From contig OZ244744.1 in the NCBI GenBank assembly GCA_965219455.1, forward strand, positions 4,256,001-4,320,000: a DNA stretch of 64,000 bases, given 5' to 3'. Under the pieces are notes generated by a model, which worked only from the letters and a program-made list of their open reading frames with translations, had not been told where the DNA came from and did not search any database. The stretch is from Candidatus Latescibacterota bacterium (GTDB lineage Bacteria; Latescibacterota; UBA2968; GCA-2709665). This document shows positions 1 through 8,586 of the stretch, one piece after another; the stretch's first letter is position 1, and every line of letters starts with the position of its first letter. Both the position numbers and the translations under genes were made by a program.

Positions 1-552
1 CGCAAGGGACAGGTGGGTGCCCTGGCTGGATTCGATGACAACGGCCCCTCCGTCCCTGCACGCCGTGTTGATTTCTCGCGGTACGTCGGTGAGGAAATCC
101 TGAAGTTCCGGGATGTCCCGGGCCTGTCGGGCGCGACGCAGGACAAAGTCCGCTCTGGCGGCGCCGCTTCCGCTGCATACACTGCCCAAAGTGGCCGCAA
201 GTTGCCTGTCCTGGGCCTCACGTGCGCGATGTTCGGGCTCAATCACCGGACAGCGCAGATCCACCCCGGTACGGTCGGCGAGTTTGTACTTCCGGATTTC
301 ACGGAGAAAGATTTCAGGGTCTACCGCGACTCCGCTTCCGATCCTGAGCTGCGTACGGGGATGTAACCAACCGCAGCACAGTTGATGCGTACGAATTTCG
401 GAGCCGTCTTCAAAGTAGATGCTATGGCCGGCATTGGTGCCGGTACCGGCGCGTACACAGAAGGCGGCTTTCTGTTTGAGGGCGGAATAAGCCGCGATTT
501 TTCCTTTGCCGGAATCGCCCCAAAGCGCGTCCACAACAAGGGTTGCGCACAC
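1..552 (-). CDS. Adenylosuccinate synthetase-like protein, short archaeal type (5' part; runs off window)
   Basis: Manual translation from GTG at 552 (SD GGAGG at 559-563): MCATLVVDALWGDSGKGKIAAY...VRAGTGTNAGHSI...LRIGSGVAVDPEIF...GVDLRCPVIEPEH...LGSVCSGSGAARADFVLRRARQARDIPELQDFLTDV...VVIESSQGTHLSLA. No stop in 184 codons. Colinear with Pyrococcus-type PurA (WGDEGKG, GTNAGH, EGTQG). Not in the ORF track. Confidence 0.88.
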   Translation of the reverse strand, partial: MCATLVVDALWGDSGKGKIAAYSALKQKAAFCVRAGTGTNAGHSIYFEDGSEIRTHQLCCGWLHPRTQLRIGSGVAVDPEIFLREIRKYKLADRTGVDLRCPVIEPEHRAREAQDRQLAATLGSVCSGSGAARADFVLRRARQARDIPELQDFLTDVPREINTACRDGGAVVIESSQGTHLSLA

Positions 553-648
553 GATACACCTCCATTTCGAGTACTGCCGGTTAAATTTGTGCTACCATCC
601 CGGTTGCCAGGATGGCCGGGACGGATATATTATAGCAGACCTTTATAA

Positions 649-694
649 ATAAAAAAAATTTATTAATTTTATTTTTGTTATATTAAATTTTTAT
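649..694. promoter_or_regulatory. Putative LysR binding sites (T-N11-A boxes) in AT-rich divergent promoter region
   Basis: ATAA-N7-TTAT at 649-663 and ATAT-N7-TTAT at 680-694, between the divergent purA-like and lysR genes. Confidence 0.6.
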
Positions 695-781
695 GATATT
701 TCACAGAGTTTCGCGGTCAATACGGCGGAAGCGCCCCAATACAAAGATGCGCCTCATAATGAACTGGCGGAGCACTGACAA

Positions 782-1711
782 ATGGATCTGGACCGGCTCA
801 GGGGGTTTGTGGAAACGGCGCGCGAGAAGAGCTTTACCCGCGCTGCGGAGAAGCTGTTTCTGACTCAGCCGGCGGTGAGTCTTCAGGTGAAGGCACTTGA
901 AGACGAACTCGGCGAAGACCTGTTCGAGCGCCGCGGCAAGCAGATTCTATTGACCGAGGCCGGTCGGCTTTTGTTCGCGCGGGCCGAGGCTATTCTGGAG
1001 ATGGCCGAGCAGATCCCCCAGGATATAGCGGCCCTCGGCGAGTTGCGCACGGGTCGCCTGAGTATCGGCACCAGCGACACCAATTGCGCCTATGTGCTGC
1101 CTCCCGCGGTAAAGGCGTTTCGACAGGCGTATCCCGGAATCGAGATCCGCCTGACCGACCGGATGTCTCCGGAGGTGGTGCGGCTGGTTTTGGAGGGGGC
1201 GGTGGATTTCGGGCTGGCCACGCTGCCGGTCACCGAACCCAGGGTGAGAACCAGGCCGTTTTTCATCAGAGACGACGTAGCCATCTGCAGTCCGACGCAT
1301 CCCCTGGCACCCGCTGAATCGGTCGATCTGCGTTCGCTGAGCGAATGTGCGATGTTGATGCTCGAGAGGGGCAGTACAAGCAGGGGATTGATGGATCGGA
1401 TGTTCGCGGAGGTGGGGCTACAACCGCATGTCACGATGGAGTTGGGCAGCATTGAAGTGATCAAGCGCTTCGTTGAGATCGGCCTGGGAGTTGCGATCGT
1501 GCCCGAAGTGGCGGTTCGGGACGAAGTGACATCGGGCCGGTTGACGGCGCTTCGAGTGACGGGGCTTCCGGCTCGCCAGGTGGGTATGGTGCGTCGTGAA
1601 GGCGGGCATCTCTCCCGCGCGGCCGCGGCGTTTCTGAAGTTCCTTGAAATGCATCTGGAAGCAACCGGTCTTCGCATACCTGAAGGAGACGGCCGTGACG
1701 TACCGGAGTAG
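782..1711 (+). CDS. LysR family transcriptional regulator (CysL/CmpR-like)
   Basis: N-terminal HTH SFTRAAEKLFLTQPAVSLQVKALEDELG; LysR substrate-binding domain; 309 aa. Confidence 0.95.
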   Translation: MDLDRLRGFVETAREKSFTRAAEKLFLTQPAVSLQVKALEDELGEDLFERRGKQILLTEAGRLLFARAEAILEMAEQIPQDIAALGELRTGRLSIGTSDTNCAYVLPPAVKAFRQAYPGIEIRLTDRMSPEVVRLVLEGAVDFGLATLPVTEPRVRTRPFFIRDDVAICSPTHPLAPAESVDLRSLSECAMLMLERGSTSRGLMDRMFAEVGLQPHVTMELGSIEVIKRFVEIGLGVAIVPEVAVRDEVTSGRLTALRVTGLPARQVGMVRREGGHLSRAAAAFLKFLEMHLEATGLRIPEGDGRDVPE

Positions 1712-2660
1712 CCTGCGGATGCCTCTGGAACAGATCGTGGAAATGGTGTTCCATCGGTACGGTCTGCGTGTTCTGGTGGATCACATTCGGTTTGGGATGA
1801 TGAGTACGACGGTTCGGTTGTCGAGAGACACTGAGGTATTTTTGCTGAAAGTGTTCAACAGTGACGTGGTGGCATTGGACCAGATCGCGTTCGGTGCGCA
1901 ACTGGGCAATAGGCTGCGAGATTCGGGAATCCCCGTGGCGGAACTGATTCCCACAACAGACGGGATGACGGTGGTCTCCGAAGGCGAGAATTTCTTACAG
2001 CTATGGGCATTCGTCGACGGAGCGGCCTTTGCGCCTGGCGATACGACGCAGATCGAGCAGGCGGGCGCGACGTTGGGCAGAATTCATACAGTTGGTAATC
2101 ATATGTCGGTTCCCGTGGGGCAGACCCGCGCTTCCGTTTACGTGAGCGTCTCGCGGGAACTGGAGCAGAGGTGGCGCGTGCTGGATGAATCGGGCGATGT
2201 TGCCCCCGAATTGAGACGTTTCCGGCGTGTGATGGGTGATAGCGCGGGTGGACGGGACTGGGAGGAATTGCCGCGCACGGTTATCCACGGAGATTACCGT
2301 GCCCAGAACCTGCTTTTTTGTGGCGGGAGGGTGGCCGCAGTGCTTGACCTGGATACGGCATGTCTTGCCACGCGGCTGTGGGATCTGGCTTATGCGCTGG
2401 CGTTTTTTCAGGCGGTGGTTACGGACGGCCCGCTCACGAAGGAGGAAATGGCTGCATTCTTGCGGGCGTACGATGGCGAGGCGGCACTGACCCGAATGGA
2501 GAGAGTCTTGCTTCCCGATGCGCTGCGGATGGCGGTTCTGAGAGGGCTGACTCTGTGGATGCGAATCGCTTACATCGACCGGTCAAACGATCGGGCGTTA
2601 ATGTGGATAAGGGATTATTGGCCCCTGTACGAGCGTCTGGAACGGGGCGACGCCATGTGA
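1695..2660 (+). CDS. APH/homoserine kinase type II-like phosphotransferase
   Basis: Brenner motif IHGDYRAQNLL and LDLD; likely GTG start at 1695 after AAGGAG, overlapping the end of lysR. Confidence 0.85.
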   Translation: MTYRSSLRMPLEQIVEMVFHRYGLRVLVDHIRFGMMSTTVRLSRDTEVFLLKVFNSDVVALDQIAFGAQLGNRLRDSGIPVAELIPTTDGMTVVSEGENFLQLWAFVDGAAFAPGDTTQIEQAGATLGRIHTVGNHMSVPVGQTRASVYVSVSRELEQRWRVLDESGDVAPELRRFRRVMGDSAGGRDWEELPRTVIHGDYRAQNLLFCGGRVAAVLDLDTACLATRLWDLAYALAFFQAVVTDGPLTKEEMAAFLRAYDGEAALTRMERVLLPDALRMAVLRGLTLWMRIAYIDRSNDRALMWIRDYWPLYERLERGDAM

Positions 2661-2667
2661 CATGTCG

Positions 2668-2835
2668 CTAAGGTCCCGTCCCAGAAATATGTCACCATTC
2701 ATCCGCCGTTTCATCCCGTCCCGCTGCGTTGCCTTTACTCGCCGACCTTGCGCAGGGCGCCTTGCTCAGGCGCCTTGCGAGCCGGGCGACTCGACGGCCG
2801 AATTCAGGCAATCTATTTCAGGGACAGAACACTAG
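2668..2835 (+). mobile_element. MITE-like element, copy 1 (168 bp)
   Basis: 15 mismatches in 168 bp versus copy 2; imperfect terminal inverted repeats GTCCCGTCCCAGAAATA / TATTTCAGGGACAGAACAC; right end followed by TAG (CTAG). Confidence 0.85.
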
Positions 2836-3044
2836 GCCGTGCTTGTGTTTTTCGGGGGTTTTTTGTATCATTAGCCCGAGTTGGCGGAGTTATATGGCGT
2901 TGGCCGTAAGGCACGAACGATAAACCGTGCGCCTTGTCGCGCTTACCCCCGCGTTCGGTGTCTGTCCGGGCGTACTTAATTCGCTCGAGATGCCAATATC
3001 GAGAAATCTTCGGCACAGGTATCATCCAACCGAGGAGGCAGGCT

Positions 3045-5315
3045 ATGACGCGACTGCCCCTGTTGTTCTGGACGGTGCTCGCGATTGTCGGAGCGGCACA
3101 GGCGCGAGTCGAAGGCAGCGATGCCCGGGCCCGGGCCGAGGCGCTATACGAGCAGGCGATCGCGCACGTGGCCGAGGGGGCGTCTGAGCTGGCGGCCGAA
3201 TCGTTTCAATCGGCCATTGAACTTTACGACAAACATGCGCCGTCCTATGTGGGTCTCGGGCACATTCATCTCCAGCGGGGCGATCTGGATGCGGCAGAAA
3301 AGATGTTCCGGCAGGCGCTTCGCAAAAAAAAGCGGTTTGCGCCCGCCTTTAACGGTCTGGGCCTCGTCTTCCGCAGCCGACCCAAAGGGCTTCGTCAGGC
3401 GATCGATGCGTTTCGGAACGCGCTGCGGGCGGACAAGGCCTATGTCGAAGCGCAGTACAATCTGGCTGAGACGTACCGGCAGTTCGGCAGCAGCGAAACG
3501 CTCAGAGCATACCGAAAGGTGGTCAAAATGGACCCGGACCACCCGGATGCGTTGTTCCAGATTGGCGTGATTGAAGAATCGAAGGGTAAGTACGGGAAGG
3601 CCGAAAAGGCCTACCTGAATCAGATTTCAGCGAATGCACACCACTACGGGGCGCGGTTGCGGCTGGGGGTTGTCCTGAAACTGCAGGATCGAACCGATCA
3701 GGCGATAGCTGAACTGAAGGCGGTGGTCCGGAACCGGAACCCGCACCAGCGACGGGGGGTGCTGGAACTGGCGGATATCCACCAAAGGCGTCGGGACTAC
3801 GACCGGTCGCAGGCGTTGTTCGAAGCCTTTATCAACCGTCTGGAACCTGAGGAGCAGCGGCTCTACTACGATTTGAGTCTCGTAACCAATACTGCGGACG
3901 ATTCCAGTACCAAATCGTTGGAGGAGCAGAAAGCCGCGGCAGAGGAGTTTTGGGTCTGGCAGGATCCGGCGCCGGTATCGGCGGCCAATGAGCGGATGGT
4001 AGAGCATTATCGACGCGTGGCCGCGGCAAGGGAGAATCACGGAAAGCACAGATTCCCGTGGGACGACCGCGGGGAAGTGTATGTGCGTTTCGGGGAACCG
4101 GATCATGTCAGCCGGTCCGGAGATATCCGGTTCGAGACGGATCCCAGGGTGCTGGCGGTCAAGGATCGTCTGCTGGCGTCGGCGGGAGCGGCCGGCGCGA
4201 AGCTCCTCAAGGAAGAGGTACGATTCCTGGGACAGGTCGCACAGTCGTCCATTCTGGGTCGGCCGGTCTACCCTGTGGGAGGGATCTGGGAATATTGGAT
4301 ATATGCCCACGTGGGGCAGGGGATCGAAATGACCTTTGTACAGCCGAATTTTCCCGGTCCGTACGAGTTCGCGAGAATGCCCCTGGGAACCGGACGGATC
4401 GCAAGAATCTGGCAAAGAATGAACCCCGAGACCGTGATGCTCAATCAGGTAGCCCGGCAACCGACTGCCTATCGTCCGACATTTGCCACGGGGCCGCTGG
4501 ACTTTTATTTCTATACGGCCTCTTTTCGGGGCGACGATGACAAGACGGCGATGGAGGTCTATTATGGGATTCCAACTCGTGATTTGACATATCGTGAAGG
4601 GGACGTCGGGCGGCTGGCGCACCTTGTCCGTGGCGTTGCGGTCTACGACGGCGACAATAAGCCCGTGTACCGAACCGACGATGAAATGACCCTGCGTGTT
4701 TCGGGCGTGGTGGACACCTCGGCCGGGGCGTTCATTCCGGCGATAGATCGCCTCCTGTTGCCTCCGGGCGCCTACCGGGTAGACGTGCAGGTGATGGACC
4801 GCAATTCCGGCAGGACTCAGATATACCGGGAAGATCGCATTTTGAAGGCGTATCCTGTGGCGGCATTGACGTTGAGCGACGTGGAAATGGGCGCCCGGAT
4901 CGATGTGGCGGAGCGGGGGCGCTTTATAAAGGGCGATATCGAGGTAATCCCGATGGCGTCCAAAGCGTACCGCCCTGGCGAGCCGGTGTTTATTTATTAC
5001 GAGATTTATAACCTCACGCGTGATGAATTCGGGGCCACACGATATCGTATTTCCTACCAGATACGGTCCTTGCGTCGGACAAACGTGGGCGCTCGGATAT
5101 TGGGCGGCCTGGGGCGATTGATCGGGAAGCGTGAGGAGGGCAACGTCATCAGCATCGAATACGATCATGTCGGAACACAGTCCGACGAACGGGCTCACCT
5201 TGAACTGGATATGGAAGCGACCGTACCGGGGATGCAGTTGTTGAAGATTACGGTTACCGACGAAAACAGCGGGCAGACGGGCAGGGCGGCCATCAATTTC
5301 GATATTCGACAGTAG
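3045..5315 (+). CDS. Secreted TPR-repeat, GWxTD-domain protein
   Basis: Signal peptide MTRLPLLFWTVLAIVGAAQA after GAGGAGG; several TPRs; FW...DP...NERMVEHYRRV...PWDDRGEVYVRFGEPD motif; beta-rich C-terminus. Confidence 0.85.
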   Translation: MTRLPLLFWTVLAIVGAAQARVEGSDARARAEALYEQAIAHVAEGASELAAESFQSAIELYDKHAPSYVGLGHIHLQRGDLDAAEKMFRQALRKKKRFAPAFNGLGLVFRSRPKGLRQAIDAFRNALRADKAYVEAQYNLAETYRQFGSSETLRAYRKVVKMDPDHPDALFQIGVIEESKGKYGKAEKAYLNQISANAHHYGARLRLGVVLKLQDRTDQAIAELKAVVRNRNPHQRRGVLELADIHQRRRDYDRSQALFEAFINRLEPEEQRLYYDLSLVTNTADDSSTKSLEEQKAAAEEFWVWQDPAPVSAANERMVEHYRRVAAARENHGKHRFPWDDRGEVYVRFGEPDHVSRSGDIRFETDPRVLAVKDRLLASAGAAGAKLLKEEVRFLGQVAQSSILGRPVYPVGGIWEYWIYAHVGQGIEMTFVQPNFPGPYEFARMPLGTGRIARIWQRMNPETVMLNQVARQPTAYRPTFATGPLDFYFYTASFRGDDDKTAMEVYYGIPTRDLTYREGDVGRLAHLVRGVAVYDGDNKPVYRTDDEMTLRVSGVVDTSAGAFIPAIDRLLLPPGAYRVDVQVMDRNSGRTQIYREDRILKAYPVAALTLSDVEMGARIDVAERGRFIKGDIEVIPMASKAYRPGEPVFIYYEIYNLTRDEFGATRYRISYQIRSLRRTNVGARILGGLGRLIGKREEGNVISIEYDHVGTQSDERAHLELDMEATVPGMQLLKITVTDENSGQTGRAAINFDIRQ

Positions 5316-5382
5316 CTACGTGGCCCGGGTCGTAAACCGGCGTGCGGGACGAGCCGGTCTGCGTATTTGAGGAGCATTCAAC

Positions 5383-6726
5383 ATGGGTGAGTTTACGGTT
5401 GCCCAAATGCGCGCGGACGCGGCGTTGATCTTTGAATCGGCGGTGGCGGCCGTGGATGCGCAGGAATGCGTAAAGCGATTCGTGAGACTGGATGGGCAGA
5501 CGCTTCGGATCGGGGGCGTAGACTACGATCTGGAAACCTTCGACCGTGTGCTGGTGGTCGGAACCGGCAAGGCGTCGCCACGGATGGGTGTGGCGCTCGA
5601 GGCGGAGCTGGGCGACCGGATTTCGGACGGGGTCGTCAATACCAAGTACGAGCATGCGGAGCCGCTGGACAGGATACGCATCGTGGAGTGCGGCCATCCC
5701 GTTCCCGATGAGGCGGGTGTTGAGGGTACGAGGAAAATTCTGTCAGCGCTGGAGGCGGCCGACGACCGGACCCTGGTGATTTGCCTGATATCAGGCGGGG
5801 GGTCGGCATTGATGCCCGCGCCTTCGGAGGGCATTTCGCTGCCGGATAAACAGGACACAACCCGGTTGCTGCTCGAATGTGGCGCCAATATCGTGGAGTT
5901 GAACGCGGTACGTAAACATCTGTCCAGGGTGAAGGGCGGAGGTCTCGCCCGTGCGGCGTTTCCGGCCACTGTGGTGTCCCTCATGTTGTCGGATGTCATC
6001 GGCGATCCCATGGACGTGATTGCATCGGGGCCGACGGTGCCCGATACGTCCACGTTCAAGACCTGTATGGAGATTTTTCGGAAGTACGAGGTTTCGAAAC
6101 GCCTGCCGGAAGCGGTGCGAGAGCGGTTCGAAGCGGGCGTGGCGGGAGAGATTCCGGAAACGCCGAAACCGGGAGGCGCGGTGCTGGAAAGATGCCAAAA
6201 CGTGGTTGTCGGCAGCAACGGTCTGGCGGTGGCTGCTGCCAACGAACGGGCTCGGGATCTGGGTTACAATACGCTGGTGTTGTCCACGCGCCTGGAGGGT
6301 GAGGCACGTGAGGTAGCGCACATATATTCGGCCATAGGCAAAGAAATACGCGTATCCGGAGTGCCTGTGACCGCGCCGGCCTGCGTGATCGCCGGCGGGG
6401 AAACAACGGTAACCGTTCGAGGAAACGGCAAGGGTGGACGCAACCAGGAACTGGTGCTAGCCGGCGCCATGCATCTGTCCGGATGGGACGGTACGGTACT
6501 GTTCAGCGGCGGGACGGATGGAACCGACGGTCCGACGGACGCGGCGGGGGCGATTGCGGATGCCGAAACGATCACACGCGCGGAATCTGCGGGGCTTTCT
6601 GCAATCGATTCGTTAAAGAACAACGACGCGTACCACTTCTTCAAACCGCTGGGCGATCTGGTGATGACGGGTCCGACGGGAACCAATGTCGCGGACGTGG
6701 CGTTTGTCATGGTTGGGGCGGCTTAG
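5383..6726 (+). CDS. Glycerate 2-kinase (MOFRL/GckA/TtuD family)
   Basis: Motifs GTGKAS, GHPVPD, LISGGGSAL, RKHLSRVKGG, SDVIGD, GGETTV, GGRNQE, GTDGTDG, TGTNVAD. Confidence 0.93.
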   Translation: MGEFTVAQMRADAALIFESAVAAVDAQECVKRFVRLDGQTLRIGGVDYDLETFDRVLVVGTGKASPRMGVALEAELGDRISDGVVNTKYEHAEPLDRIRIVECGHPVPDEAGVEGTRKILSALEAADDRTLVICLISGGGSALMPAPSEGISLPDKQDTTRLLLECGANIVELNAVRKHLSRVKGGGLARAAFPATVVSLMLSDVIGDPMDVIASGPTVPDTSTFKTCMEIFRKYEVSKRLPEAVRERFEAGVAGEIPETPKPGGAVLERCQNVVVGSNGLAVAAANERARDLGYNTLVLSTRLEGEAREVAHIYSAIGKEIRVSGVPVTAPACVIAGGETTVTVRGNGKGGRNQELVLAGAMHLSGWDGTVLFSGGTDGTDGPTDAAGAIADAETITRAESAGLSAIDSLKNNDAYHFFKPLGDLVMTGPTGTNVADVAFVMVGAA

Positions 6727-6807
6727 CAGCCCGTTGAAACGCCTTCAGGCGGGCGCCCGGATCGCGACCCGTGGAAGAAGAGTCTCTTATTTGGCCCCCG
6801 ACTTTCT

Positions 6808-7695
6808 TCAGGTCTCCGAATTGACGATGGCGACGCCGATACCGACCAGCAGCACGCTGGCAAGAAGAGTCGCGGAGATGGCCTCTCCCAGCAGCAGGTC
6901 GCTGAACACAACGCCCACAACGGGCGTAACGAAACCGAACGCCCCCAGGCGACTGGCTCTGTAGCGTCGCAGGAGGGAAACGGATATAAGAAAACAAAAC
7001 CCGGCAACCACAAGACCCTGGTAGAAGATTGCGCCGACGATGTCAGGGCGGATGCCTGACGGGATCTGGTTTTCGAGGAAGGCGCTGAGCAGGATGAATA
7101 CGGGCAGGCTGAGGGCGGCTTGCCATAACAGAAGACGGGCGGGATGGATGTATTGGGTGAGCTTCTTGGTGTAGACCTGCCGGGCGCCGAGCAGCAGCCC
7201 GCTCATTAGAACCATCACATCGCCCGGCAGATAGCCGAGGTCGCCCCTTGAGAGGCTTTCGGCAAAGACGAGCACCACCCCCAGGAACGAGAGGGTCATA
7301 CCGGTAATTTTGAGGCGGCTGAGCCGGTCTCCGGGCATGAACAGGTGGGCGAAGACGGCGGTAAAAAAAGGGTAAGTGGAGATGAAGACGGTTGAACGAC
7401 CAGCCGTCGTGAAATGCGTGCCGGCGTTAAGCAGGTAGATCTGTGCGATAAAGAGCAGAACCAGTTGAAACAGACCTCTTCTTTCGCCGGACCCGGGGCG
7501 GAGGGGGATGCGGGCGTAGATTGCCCATAGCATTACAGCCATCCCGCCCAGAAGAAAGCGGGCGGCAGCCAGGGCCAGCGGAGGCAGGCCGTCCAGGGCG
7601 ACTTTGATGGCGATGGAGTTGCCGCCCCACAGGATGGCCGTAAGCAGGGCGAGGCTTCCGGCCTGAAGGGTGAGGCGCTCGTTGAGCACGATCAC
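6808..7695 (-). CDS. DMT/EamA family transporter
   Basis: About 10 TM segments, LWGGN...IKVAL, two EamA repeats; probable GTG start at 7695 overlapping the upstream stop (GTGA). Confidence 0.88.
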   Translation of the reverse strand: MIVLNERLTLQAGSLALLTAILWGGNSIAIKVALDGLPPLALAAARFLLGGMAVMLWAIYARIPLRPGSGERRGLFQLVLLFIAQIYLLNAGTHFTTAGRSTVFISTYPFFTAVFAHLFMPGDRLSRLKITGMTLSFLGVVLVFAESLSRGDLGYLPGDVMVLMSGLLLGARQVYTKKLTQYIHPARLLLWQAALSLPVFILLSAFLENQIPSGIRPDIVGAIFYQGLVVAGFCFLISVSLLRRYRASRLGAFGFVTPVVGVVFSDLLLGEAISATLLASVLLVGIGVAIVNSET

Positions 7696-8315
7696 GGCGC
7701 CGGTTTCCGGTCGGCGGGATAGCGCCGACGCACGAGAAAGTAACCGACGCCGAGCGGCAGAAGAAGCCAGGCGACTTGCAGGACGCCGATTGCGGTACCC
7801 AGCTGCCCGAACGCCCCGCAGAGGATGAGCAGATTGCAGACATATTTCCCTGCGGGTGGATCGCTGGAAATGTTGATCCGGCGGAGGAGACGATCGAACC
7901 GTACCCGACGTATGCTCTTGAGGTGGTTTCCGGCGAGGATGGCGGTGAGCGAGAGCAGGCCGGCAAAGAGGTTTGCCCCGCGGTCTACCCACCCGAGACC
8001 GATGCCCAGCAAGAGGAAATGGCTGTATCCGAACAGGAGGACCGCGCCGTTGCGGAACGGATCGTAAAGTCCGATCTCTTTCAGCTGGCGCACGCGGGTC
8101 CTGTCGGCATATGGGATCAAACGGAAGAAGATATATACGAGCGTCATTGCCCCGGGATGAAGAAAGACGCCCACCCGTTTGTTCAGCTCCGCGTCGATGC
8201 GTCCGTACGCGTCCCAGTGTACCGGAATCCGTTCCGGAAGATGGTCATACGCCAGATAGTTCGCCACAAGTGAGAGCAGTATGGCGGCAATGGGATCCCG
8301 TTGAAGGACGCTCAT
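7692..8315 (-). CDS. DUF1648/SdpI-like membrane protein
   Basis: LPERIPVHWDAYGRID motif; about 6 TM segments. Confidence 0.75.
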   Translation of the reverse strand: MSVLQRDPIAAILLSLVANYLAYDHLPERIPVHWDAYGRIDAELNKRVGVFLHPGAMTLVYIFFRLIPYADRTRVRQLKEIGLYDPFRNGAVLLFGYSHFLLLGIGLGWVDRGANLFAGLLSLTAILAGNHLKSIRRVRFDRLLRRINISSDPPAGKYVCNLLILCGAFGQLGTAIGVLQVAWLLLPLGVGYFLVRRRYPADRKPAP

Positions 8316-8474
8316 ACGAAGGAAACAGGGGGTTCAAGGGCGTTATCGCCGCTGTCTGGAGATGAGGGCGAAAGTCGCCTGCCGTGGCGGGGAATGCACT
8401 CTCGCCCTGAGGTCGAGGAGTCGACGAGCAGAAGGACGGGCACCGCTGCGGCGGCGTGAATCGAAAGCCTCAGG

Positions 8475-8503
8475 ATTATAGCGGGATTCCTGGAGCTTGT
8501 CAA
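8475..8503 (-). promoter_or_regulatory. Perfect-consensus sigma70 promoter
   Basis: Minus strand TTGACA (8498-8503) - 17 nt - TATAAT (8475-8480). Confidence 0.8.
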
Positions 8504-8586
8504 GGTATTCGCGGATAAGGGGAACCGGAACAATTCAGGGTCATCAGAATAGCATTCGAATATGCTTCTCAAATGGAGGCGGTCGG

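Noticed and set aside
1-552. PurZ (2-aminoadenine DNA pathway)
   Set aside because: PurZ replaces the catalytic Asp with Ser. Here the Asp is retained (WGD) and the Ser is at the next position. No phage context.
13-648. Plus-strand ORFs 13-366, 113-385 and 382-648
   Set aside because: Shadows of the minus-strand PurA-like gene, which has clear motifs and an SD.
2729-2923. 64-aa ORF resembling the N-terminus of the 11538 ORF
   Set aside because: Both are translations of the MITE sequence, not a shared protein domain.
3627-5198. 523-aa antisense ORF, and similar ones at 8833-9804, 10365-11501, 29265-30332, 32157-33173, 41098-42243, 55066-56163
   Set aside because: They lie opposite well-supported genes, have no recognisable motifs, and are expected from GC-rich codon bias.
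8316-8470. 6S RNA
   Set aside because: Short matches (GGGTTCAAGGG, CTGCGGCGGC) are on the strand opposite the promoter, and the long closed rod with central bubble is not evident. Kept only as an unknown structured leader.
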